From the NCBI GenBank assembly GCA_014872655.1, contig WHHJ01000001.1:16002-80001 (forward strand): a stretch of DNA of 64,000 nucleotides. Reading direction: 5' to 3'. The notes under the pieces are model-generated. The model did no database searches, had not been told where the DNA came from, and saw nothing but the letters and a program-made list of their open reading frames with translations. Position numbers and translations under genes: made by a program. Below are positions 49,147-57,606 of this stretch, piece after piece. The stretch is from Clostridia bacterium. GTDB lineage: Bacteria; Bacillota; Clostridia; Oscillospirales; UBA644. Numbering within the stretch: position 1 is the first letter of the stretch; every line of letters starts with the position of its first letter.

Positions 49147-49500
49147 ATGACCGGAGAACTTTGCAATTATCAATCTTATCATAAAAATACAGGATTTGAT
49201 TTTTCGGATGACGTCCGCGGTCGCTGGACCGGGATGAAGAGAGATGCTCACAAAGCGGTTCGGCGGACTGCCGTTCATGCAGCTCGTGCCGCTAAGAAGT
49301 GTCCTCAAAAGGTAGACGGGATGTCTGCTTGGGTTGGGGCTGCAGCAGTGGGGCTGGTTGTCTTTTTGATTTGCGGTCTTTTTTGCGCGGCAGGCAGAGG
49401 GTTTAACGGCGGTATCGGCGGAGAAGCGATTCTGGCTGCTGGCATTGCTTGCGGCGTCCGGTTTGGTTATGCCAAACTGCGTAAGCGGTTCTGTAAATAA
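49147..49500 (+). CDS. small hypothetical membrane protein with Gly-zipper helices
   Basis: 117 aa. Basic N-terminal half, then two Gly/Ala-rich hydrophobic segments (AWVGAAAVGLVVFLICGLFCAAG, GGIGGEAILAAGIACG). Weak AAGG SD. Visibly more GC-rich than its flanks. Confidence 0.5.
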   Translation: MTGELCNYQSYHKNTGFDFSDDVRGRWTGMKRDAHKAVRRTAVHAARAAKKCPQKVDGMSAWVGAAAVGLVVFLICGLFCAAGRGFNGGIGGEAILAAGIACGVRFGYAKLRKRFCK

Positions 49501-49556
49501 AATAGCGTTCTGTTTCTTATTTTATTTTTATTCCCACCATATTTTGCCAATAGGCA

Positions 49557-49596
49557 AAACAAAGCGAGGTCTTTTGCGAAAGACCTCGCTTTGTTT
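49557..49596. terminator. bidirectional terminator (18 bp perfect stem)
   Basis: AAACAAAGCGAGGTCTTT tgcg AAAGACCTCGCTTTGTTT. Lies between the small membrane-protein gene and the convergent alr. Confidence 0.9.
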
Positions 49597-49628
49597 ATCA
49601 AACATACAAATGGTAAAAAAGATTGTCG

Positions 49629-50807
49629 TTATAAAATAGAAGAATAACATTCCGTTTCTTGTCCCTGACGGAAATATACACGGGGGACGCGCTTCCCGAT
49701 CAGACAGGGGACTTCGTAGTTAATCGTATGCATTTTATCCGCAATTTCATCGGCGGTGATTTGCTCTGTTCCGTCTGTCCCGATTAAAGTAACCGGTTCG
49801 CCCCGCTGAACCGAGGGCAATTCGGAAACGTCGATCATGCACTGATCCATGCAGATTCTGCCAATAATATTGGCACGCTGCCCGCGGATCAACACTTGCC
49901 CGGTATTGGATAAAAGACGGGAATATCCGTCTGCATAGCCTACTGGAAGGGTCGCGATGGTCATCTTCTTTTTCGCGGTAAATGTCCGCCCGTAACTAAC
50001 GGTGGTTCCCGGCGCAATTTGGTGAACTTGTGAGACCACGGTCTTCAGTGTTAACGCCGGACGAAGCCCAATGTCCTTTGTTTGCGGGTCGGGTTTGAGT
50101 CCGTATAAGATGATTCCCGGGCGCACCATATCCAGGTGCATTTGGGGATGGTTGATGATTCCTGCAGAGTTGCATACGTGGCGGGACCGAAATGAAACAT
50201 TTTGGGCGGCAAGCTGTTCGGTTACTTTACAAAAATGATCAAATTGCTCTCCGGTAAAAGCATTCTCTGGTTGATCCGAACAAGCAAAATGAGTAAAAAT
50301 CCCGTCAAAAATCAGGTGGTCCGAAAATTCCCGGTACATTTGTGCAATCTGTTGCACGGTTGCCGAGATACTGCAATCATCTTGAGCAGAAAAGCCTAGC
50401 CGCGACATTCCGGTGTCTAATTTGATATGTACACGCAGCGGTTTTTTCATTTTTTGAGCATATTCATACAGTTGCTGTGCATATTCATAAGAAAATACGG
50501 TTTGAATCGCATTGCATGCCAATAAATCTTCTGTATATTGCGGGGGCGTATATCCCAAAATCAGGCAATCCTTTTGGATTCCTTGTTCGTATAATTGGAT
50601 CACTTCATCAATTTCCGATAGGGCAAACATCCCCACATACGGTGTTAGAGTTCGGGCAATCACCGGTGCGCCGTGTCCGTACGCGTCGGCTTTGATCACG
50701 CCGATAGACTGTGCTCCGTTTTTTAACAGACTGTTGATTTGGATGATGTTGTGCTCGATGGCGTCCAAATCGATTTCCGCCCAAGTGCGGCGATGATTTT
50801 TTAGCAT
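49629..50807 (-). CDS. alr: alanine racemase
   Basis: RTWAEIDL, VIKADAYGHG (PLP Lys), PVGYADGY. Start taken at the second Met (MLKNHRRTW). Confidence 0.92.
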   Translation of the reverse strand: MLKNHRRTWAEIDLDAIEHNIIQINSLLKNGAQSIGVIKADAYGHGAPVIARTLTPYVGMFALSEIDEVIQLYEQGIQKDCLILGYTPPQYTEDLLACNAIQTVFSYEYAQQLYEYAQKMKKPLRVHIKLDTGMSRLGFSAQDDCSISATVQQIAQMYREFSDHLIFDGIFTHFACSDQPENAFTGEQFDHFCKVTEQLAAQNVSFRSRHVCNSAGIINHPQMHLDMVRPGIILYGLKPDPQTKDIGLRPALTLKTVVSQVHQIAPGTTVSYGRTFTAKKKMTIATLPVGYADGYSRLLSNTGQVLIRGQRANIIGRICMDQCMIDVSELPSVQRGEPVTLIGTDGTEQITADEIADKMHTINYEVPCLIGKRVPRVYFRQGQETECYSSIL

Positions 50808-50826
50808 AAAAAAGAATGTCCTTTCT

Positions 50827-51300
50827 TTACTCGAAATATACAACGGTATTGTGATATTCGAGTTTTTGAGGTTCTACCGTGTTTTTGTCTAAGGTCAGAC
50901 AAAACGGCGCAAGATATTCGCCGCTGAGCTGAATGGTTTTGTCCTGTGTTTGAGTTTTGGTTTTGATATCCTTTGTCATAATTTTATACAAGACTTCTCC
51001 CAGTATAAAAACAGAATTTTCTTCAAACAGTACATCAGACTGGATTTTTAGCCCGTCAAACTGTATGGTTCGCGTTTCGATATCTACTGTGACCGGTTTG
51101 GTCAGAACCCCGGAAGAATCTGTGACGGTTAATGTTTTGGGAGTGAAGGTCAACGTATAATCTTCCGTATGGGCGGAGTAGGTATAATCTGTTTTGAGTT
51201 CGAACCGAGAAGACTCGGAGAGGTCTGTTTCTTTTTCGCATCCTGTTCCCGTAACAAGCAGCAGAATCGATAAAGCTGCCATCAAAAACATTTTGCGCAT
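50827..51300 (-). CDS. hypothetical lipoprotein
   Basis: Signal peptide plus lipobox VTGTGC. No domain recognised. Confidence 0.6.
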   Translation of the reverse strand: MRKMFLMAALSILLLVTGTGCEKETDLSESSRFELKTDYTYSAHTEDYTLTFTPKTLTVTDSSGVLTKPVTVDIETRTIQFDGLKIQSDVLFEENSVFILGEVLYKIMTKDIKTKTQTQDKTIQLSGEYLAPFCLTLDKNTVEPQKLEYHNTVVYFE

Positions 51301-51309
51301 GGGTGCCCT

Positions 51310-52779
51310 CTATTTCATTAGATTACCGATTTCCCCGGGCAAATCTGTCGGCAGCATTTGAGCTGCGCTGAATCCTTTTTTCAGTAAGGAGTCGGCAGCT
51401 TTTCCATGCAGGTACACGCCGAGTGCCGCTGCATCCAAGGCCGGATAACCTTGAGCCAGCAGGCTGCCAATTACCCCGGCCAAAACATCGCCGCTGCCGC
51501 CTTTTGCAAGACCGCTGTTTCCGGATGTGTTGATATAAGTAATTCCGGAAGGCGACGCGATAACGGTATGATGTCCTTTTAATACCACCGTGACTCCGTA
51601 CTCTGCGGCAAAAGACCTTGCAGTTCCGATGCGATCCGCTTCGACTGCGGCAACATCCTTTCCGATGAGCCGAGCCATTTCAAGCGGGTGGGGGGTAATG
51701 ACTGCGCAGGAAAATTCGTGCAATATATGCATATGTTTTTTTTCACTCAGATATGTCAGCGCATCCGCGTCAATTACGCAAGGAAGATCTGTTTTTGCAT
51801 ACTTTTTGATTACGCGTGCCTTCTTGCCCAGACCGCATCCGATCACCGCGGCTGTTGCTTTAGTTTTCTGGGTTCGGTTGACAAAGACCGGTTCACATAA
51901 GTGGGTTTGCAGAATGCGGCGTGTCTTTTTGTCTGAGGCCATATAAACCAGTCCGACTCCGCTGCGGAGTGCGCCTTTTGCTGCCATCACCGCAGCTCCA
52001 GTCATCTTTTTGCTTCCGCAGACCAGTTGAACGGCGCCGAAAGACCCTTTGTGCGTATTTTCGCCGCGAGGTTTTAATTTTTGTTTTAGTAAGCGGTCAT
52101 CCGTAGCAAATAGGTAAGGTTTTTGTGCCTGAATCGCTTGTCCCGGCATGCCGATAGAGGCTTTGACGATTTTACCGGCCAGTTGTTTGCCTGGTTGTAA
52201 AAAGCAAAACGGTTTATAAGCGGCAAAGGTCACGGTAACATCTGCTCGGACCGCATTTTCACAGGCTGCGCCGGTATTGCAATCCACACCGCTGGGCACA
52301 TCGCAGGCAATTGTATATTTTTCGCGTGCCGCGATCGATAGCGCCGCGGATGTTCGGTCTAATTTTCCATGAAAACCTGTTCCGAACATACAGTCCACTA
52401 CCATTTGAGCCCGGCGAATCTGCTTTTTGGCTTCAGCCAGTCCCTTTTCGGAAACCGAATAAACCAGATTTTTATCTAATTTTTCATACATGGTTCTGGC
52501 GTCTTTAGAGGTAGGAAGCCCTCCGACGGCTAAAACCAGAACTTCTTTGTTTTCGTTTTTCAGCAGGCGCGCCAGCGCATATCCGTCTCCGCCGTTGTTG
52601 CCTTTCCCAGCTAGAATGACGGTCAGTCCGGACTTTCCCGTATCCAAACATTCTTTTTTTAACGCTTTTGCCGCTTGTTCCATCAGTTGCAGAGAGGGAA
52701 CTTTTAATGTTTTTATAGCATATCTGTCACAGGCACGCATTTGTTCGGCGGTGAGAATCGGAGTTGCGTATTTATCCAT
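51310..52779 (-). CDS. nnr: bifunctional NAD(P)H-hydrate epimerase / ADP-dependent dehydratase
   Basis: N-terminal YjeF_N domain (GKGNNGGDGYALAR) and C-terminal carbohydrate-kinase-like domain (HKGSFG, GNSGLAKGGSGDVLAG). Confidence 0.9.
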   Translation of the reverse strand: MDKYATPILTAEQMRACDRYAIKTLKVPSLQLMEQAAKALKKECLDTGKSGLTVILAGKGNNGGDGYALARLLKNENKEVLVLAVGGLPTSKDARTMYEKLDKNLVYSVSEKGLAEAKKQIRRAQMVVDCMFGTGFHGKLDRTSAALSIAAREKYTIACDVPSGVDCNTGAACENAVRADVTVTFAAYKPFCFLQPGKQLAGKIVKASIGMPGQAIQAQKPYLFATDDRLLKQKLKPRGENTHKGSFGAVQLVCGSKKMTGAAVMAAKGALRSGVGLVYMASDKKTRRILQTHLCEPVFVNRTQKTKATAAVIGCGLGKKARVIKKYAKTDLPCVIDADALTYLSEKKHMHILHEFSCAVITPHPLEMARLIGKDVAAVEADRIGTARSFAAEYGVTVVLKGHHTVIASPSGITYINTSGNSGLAKGGSGDVLAGVIGSLLAQGYPALDAAALGVYLHGKAADSLLKKGFSAAQMLPTDLPGEIGNLMK

Positions 52780-52783
52780 AAAA

Positions 52784-53155
52784 TTAGTCCTCCTGCATCG
52801 CGATTACCACTGCCGCTGCCGTGGTATGGGTATGGGTCAGCGTAATTTCAAATTTCAATTTTTGATATTGTTTTTCGGCGTCTCCATGCAGCTCGATGTA
52901 CGGTTTTCCCAGCTCGTCGCGCAGAATGGCGATCTCTGACATCTTCAGCCCTCGAAACCCGGTTCCGATCGCTTTGGAAAAGGCCTCTTTTCCACTAAAG
53001 TTAGCCGCGGCCGTCTGAGCTGCCTGAACACCTTTGGCTGCAATCAATTCCTGTTCTTTTGCGGCATAACATTTTTTCAGAAACGCTTCTTTTTGGATCA
53101 AGTCCGAAAACCGGTCAATTTCTGTTAAATCTAACCCGATTCCAACAATGCGCAT
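52784..53155 (-). CDS. acpS: holo-[acyl-carrier-protein] synthase
   Basis: MRIVGIGLDLTEIDR, FSGKEAFSKA and LTHTH, typical of AcpS. Confidence 0.9.
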   Translation of the reverse strand: MRIVGIGLDLTEIDRFSDLIQKEAFLKKCYAAKEQELIAAKGVQAAQTAAANFSGKEAFSKAIGTGFRGLKMSEIAILRDELGKPYIELHGDAEKQYQKLKFEITLTHTHTTAAAVVIAMQED

Positions 53156-53156
53156 T

Positions 53157-53687
53157 TTATCGTACCTGCAGGTGCCGGGTATACTTTTTTAAGTCTTCCA
53201 AAATGCGTTCTTCAGGCTCAAACAACACCAGCGTCAACCCTTTAGTCGGGTGTTTCAATACAGCGTAGTATACCGTTGCGTCCGTATTCGAAGTAACGTC
53301 CACTTTGCAGTCAAACTGCCGGTGCGACAGTTTTTCCCGAACACTTTCCGAATAAGGCCCGAACTGTTCAAAGTTTTTAGCGTTAATTGTAATCAGGCGA
53401 GAACGCATCGTCTGGCTGACAATTTTATCAATATCAATTTCGCCGCTCAAATAGGTATATTCAAATTCGACGTTGAAGTTGATCAAGACTTTTTTATACC
53501 CAAAATAAATAATCGCAAACGCCAGCAGCGCACCGATAAGCGCCCCCAATGCACCGGGGATTGTCATACGGAATCCGATAATAGATGCCGTTCCAAGCAG
53601 TAGAATCGCCACAATCGTAAGTACTTGTAACACGGCTGTTTTGACTGTTTTCTTTCGCTTGTAAAGTTGTTCTATGACAAAATCCAT
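53157..53687 (-). CDS. hypothetical two-TM membrane protein
   Basis: 176 aa from ATG 53687 (GGAGG SD). Two adjacent TM helices, then a soluble domain. Function unknown. Confidence 0.6.
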   Translation of the reverse strand: MDFVIEQLYKRKKTVKTAVLQVLTIVAILLLGTASIIGFRMTIPGALGALIGALLAFAIIYFGYKKVLINFNVEFEYTYLSGEIDIDKIVSQTMRSRLITINAKNFEQFGPYSESVREKLSHRQFDCKVDVTSNTDATVYYAVLKHPTKGLTLVLFEPEERILEDLKKYTRHLQVR

Positions 53688-53740
53688 TTTGTCCTCCAAT
53701 ATCAATGCACAGATATTGTTTAGATACCTGTGCATGGTTG

Positions 53741-54004
53741 TCAGCTGTTTAAATATTCACGCACAAGCGTTTGCAGCAATTCGTCTCGGTCGATTTTTCG
53801 AATCAGACTGCGTGCGTTTTTGTGGTTTGTGATGTAGCCGGGATCTTCCGACAATAGATAACCCACAATTTGATTGAGCGGGTCATATCCCTTTTCAACA
53901 AGGGCATCATAAACCTGGGTTAAAATTTTTCTCATCTCTGCGTCTTTACTGTTTTTTAAACTAAATGTCATGGTAGAATCCATGCTGTTGATGTTGTCGT
54001 TCAT
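53741..54004 (-). CDS. ireB: IreB-family regulatory phosphoprotein (UPF0297/YrzL)
   Basis: VYDALVEKGYDPLNQIVGYLLSEDPGYITNHKNARSLIRKIDRDELL closely matches the conserved YrzL/IreB core. Confidence 0.88.
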   Translation of the reverse strand: MNDNINSMDSTMTFSLKNSKDAEMRKILTQVYDALVEKGYDPLNQIVGYLLSEDPGYITNHKNARSLIRKIDRDELLQTLVREYLNS

Positions 54005-54021
54005 TTATCCGGCCTCCTTTT

Positions 54022-56403
54022 TTATTTTCTCAGTTGTATGTCGTCTTTTTCTAATCCGGTTAAAATTTGAGTCATAATCGAATCGATTTCTTCATCTGCC
54101 AGCGTATGATCCGCGCTTCGGAGACTGAGAGAATAAGCAATGCTCTTTTTCCCGTCGCCGACCTGTGAGCCGCGGTATACATCAAATACGCGGATACTTT
54201 CTAATTCTTTGCCTGCATATTTTTTGATTTTTGCTTCGATATCTCCGGAATAGATCTCTTCAGCGCAAACCAATGCCAGATCTCGGTTTACTGCCGGGTA
54301 TTTGGGGATTGGTTTATATTCTGTTTTTGCCGAATGGTATTGATAAAGTGCTTGAAGTGGCAATTCTATCAAATAAACCGGAACATCGATCTCGTAATTC
54401 TTTTGCACGGTCGGATGAACCTGTCCCAAAATACCTAACAACCGATTTCCGCTGTAAACTTCGGCACATCTGCCCGGATGATAGTAGGATGGGGGCGTTT
54501 GCGGTGCTTTGTAGGAAATGTTCCGAATATGCAATTCGGATAAAACGGCATCTACTTGGCCTTTGACAGAGAAGAAATCTGCCTGTTTGCCGTACAATCC
54601 CGCCGTGATGATTTTGGGCTCGCGGGGAAGTTCCTTTTCATCTTCCTGTTTCAGATACACCGTTGCCATTTCATATAATGCCACATTTTCAGCACGATAT
54701 GAGAAATTACGCGCCAATACTTCCAACATGCTCGGAACGGCCGTCGTTCGCATCACAGACGTATCTTCTCCGAGCGGATTTTGAATTTTTAAGAAGTTGC
54801 GCAGTTCCGAATCTTGAGCAAGCAGCAATTTGTCGTAAACCTTCGGGCTGATGAAGGAGAAGGTCATCGCTTCGCTGAAACCACAGGAACGGAAAAGTAC
54901 GCCCACTTTGCGCTCAAATTGTTGTTCGGCGGTCAGACCTTCCGGCTCAACCAGCCCCTTAAAACTTTCTGACGGAATACGGTCATATCCGTAAAACCGT
55001 GCGACTTCCTCCGAAAGGTCATATTTGTTTTCGATATCCATTCGGAAAGAGGGAACCAGGACCGTGTCGTCTTGGATGCCAAATCCCAGTTGCAGCAAAA
55101 TCTGTTTCATCTGTTCAGCGGTCGCTTCAATGCCTAAATGCCGATTAATCCAATCCGCTTCTAACGCAATCTTTTTCTGTTCTTTGTTGCTGTAGTCTAA
55201 GTCGATACTGTTTTTGGAAACTTTCCCGGCGCCGAGCATCTCTACCAATTGGCAAGCTCGATCTAATGCCTGCATGGTTTGTCCCGGATCCAAGCGTTTT
55301 TCAAACAGGGAAGAGGCGTCTGTGCGCATTCCCAGTTGTTTTGCTCCTCGACGGATTGTGGTGCCGTCAAAATTGGCCGACTCAAAAACAACCGTTTTGG
55401 TGTCGGGCTTAATCTCGCTGTTTTCTCCGCCCATGATGCCGGCAAGGCCAACGGCTCTGCATGCATCTGCAATGACCAGAATGTTATCGGTGCAGGTGTG
55501 CTGCTTGCCGTCCAGCGTCACAACCTGTTCTCCGTTTTGAGCACGGCGAACGACGATCTTGCCTCCTGTAATGCATTCGTAGTCGAAAGCATGCATCGGC
55601 TGACCATATTCTAACATCACGTAATTGGTGATATCTACAATATTGTTGATCGAACGGATGCCGTTTGCACGTAGCCGCTCTACCATCCAGGACGGGGACG
55701 GCCCGATTTGAATGTCTGTAACAACACGGGCGCTGTAGCGCTGGCAAAGGTCCCGATCTTGAATTTCTACTTGCAAATAATCATGGATGTCTGCACCGTT
55801 TCCCTGTACTTGAGGTGTTTCAAGATGCAGCGGCTTTTGAAATGTTGCAGCGGCTTCTCGGGCAATGCCGATCATAGACAAGCAGTCCGAGCGATTGGTT
55901 GCAATATCCGCTACAAATACGCAGTCATCCAAGCCCAGCACTTTGCAGACATCGGTTCCGGGAACCCCGTCTTTTAAAATTAAAATACCGTCTTCGATAG
56001 CATCCGGATAATCTGCCGCTGTAATACCCAGCTCCGATACAGAACACATCATTCCGCACGATTCCACTCCGCGCAGTTTTCCTTTTTTGATGTGAGTTCC
56101 GCCCGGTAAATCTGCTCCGTCTTTGGCAACGGGAACCAAAGCCCCTTCAAATACATTTTTGGCCCCGGTCACAATCTGAACCGGTTCTTCCATGCCGACG
56201 TCTACCGAGCAAACAACCAATTTATCTGCATTTTCATGCGGTTTGACAGACAAGATTTTGCCCACAACGACGTTCCGGATTTCATCAGAAGGTTTTGTAT
56301 AACCTGTTACTTCTGTTCCGGTCATACACATCTGATGAACAAATGTTTTTTCGTCTACATCTACGGGCGTAAATTGTTGTAACCATTTATAAGAAATATT
56401 CAT
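54022..56403 (-). CDS. pheT: phenylalanine--tRNA ligase beta subunit
   Basis: 793 aa. N-terminal tRNA-binding domain (MNISYKWLQQF...), B3/4 and B5 domains, and a C-terminal FDX-ACB domain. Confidence 0.93.
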   Translation of the reverse strand: MNISYKWLQQFTPVDVDEKTFVHQMCMTGTEVTGYTKPSDEIRNVVVGKILSVKPHENADKLVVCSVDVGMEEPVQIVTGAKNVFEGALVPVAKDGADLPGGTHIKKGKLRGVESCGMMCSVSELGITAADYPDAIEDGILILKDGVPGTDVCKVLGLDDCVFVADIATNRSDCLSMIGIAREAAATFQKPLHLETPQVQGNGADIHDYLQVEIQDRDLCQRYSARVVTDIQIGPSPSWMVERLRANGIRSINNIVDITNYVMLEYGQPMHAFDYECITGGKIVVRRAQNGEQVVTLDGKQHTCTDNILVIADACRAVGLAGIMGGENSEIKPDTKTVVFESANFDGTTIRRGAKQLGMRTDASSLFEKRLDPGQTMQALDRACQLVEMLGAGKVSKNSIDLDYSNKEQKKIALEADWINRHLGIEATAEQMKQILLQLGFGIQDDTVLVPSFRMDIENKYDLSEEVARFYGYDRIPSESFKGLVEPEGLTAEQQFERKVGVLFRSCGFSEAMTFSFISPKVYDKLLLAQDSELRNFLKIQNPLGEDTSVMRTTAVPSMLEVLARNFSYRAENVALYEMATVYLKQEDEKELPREPKIITAGLYGKQADFFSVKGQVDAVLSELHIRNISYKAPQTPPSYYHPGRCAEVYSGNRLLGILGQVHPTVQKNYEIDVPVYLIELPLQALYQYHSAKTEYKPIPKYPAVNRDLALVCAEEIYSGDIEAKIKKYAGKELESIRVFDVYRGSQVGDGKKSIAYSLSLRSADHTLADEEIDSIMTQILTGLEKDDIQLRK

Positions 56404-56420
56404 TGTTTTGTCCTTCTCCG

Positions 56421-57442
56421 TTAAAAATTGTTTAAAAACCGGATGTCATTGTCAAAGAACATTCGGATATCGTCAATTTTATATCGCAGCATAACCAGCC
56501 GCTCCAATCCCATACCAAAGGCAAAACCGCTGTATTCTTCCGTGTCGATTCCGCAGCTCTCCAATACTTTGGGATTGACCATGCCGGCTCCGCCGATTTC
56601 GATCCACCCTTCGCCTTTGCAGAATTTGCAGCCCTCGCCGCCGCAGCGGAAACAGCTGACGCAGATTTCGCAGGAAGGTTCTGTGAACGGGAAATAATCC
56701 GGACGAATTCTCGTTTTTACATTTTCGCCAAAGAGTTTTTTTACAATCACTTCTAAAGCGCCCTTTAAGTGTGCCATTGTGATTCCTTTGTCAACAACCA
56801 GTCCTTCGATTTGATGGAAGATCGGGGAATGGGTTGCGTCAATTTCGTCAATTCGGAACACACGGCCCGGGGAGATAATCCGGATCGGTGGTTTTTTCTT
56901 TTCCATCGTCCGTACCTGTACCGAACTGGTTTGAGTACGCAGCAAAATTTCCGGAGAAAAATAAAACGTATCCTGCGTATCTCTGGCCGGATGGTGTTTG
57001 GGAATATTCAAGGCTTCAAAGTTATAATGGTCATACTCCACTTCCGGACCGCTTTCAATCGAAAAGCCCATGGACAAAAAGACGTCTTTGATCTCGTCTA
57101 ATACTAAATTTAACGGATGTTGCTTGCCGATAACCGTTGGGGTCTGGAAAGGGTTACATCCAGCTTTTCGCTTTCTAATTTTTTCTGAAGTTCGATTTGT
57201 GCAATTTGGTCCTTTTTGGCTCGAAGCATCGATTCGATGGCAGAACGAACTTCGTTGGCAACTTGTCCGACCTTTGGCCGTTCTTCTGGGCTCAATTTGC
57301 CCATTTGGGACAACAGTGCCGTAACGGCTCCTTTTTTTCCGAGATATTGAATACGCAGCGCCTCTAACTGTTCAGAACTTTGCGCTGAGCAGATGGCCTC
57401 TTCGGCTGCTTTTGAGATATCTTGAAGTTGTTGTTGCAGCAT
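56421..57442 (-). pseudogene. pheS: phenylalanine--tRNA ligase alpha subunit, reading frame broken by an apparent 1 nt deletion
   Basis: The N-terminal 110 codons (57110-57442) end ...[18 protein letters not shown]. The rest of PheS (..[27 protein letters not shown]..., class II motifs) continues in the -1 frame to 56421. Adding one C to the C4 run (plus-strand G4 at 57139-57142) gives a 340 aa ORF. Confidence 0.85.
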
Positions 57443-57606
57443 AATGGAATATCACCATGTTTCTATAAAAATATAATTTAATATATCATACCATATTATG
57501 CAAAATTTTTCAAGGGTCAAGTTCCTTTTTTCGGACGGTATTTTGGAACATTTTTGTATATTTTTTATCTGTCAAAGACAAAATAGAAGAAAAGGAGCTG
57601 ATTTTT

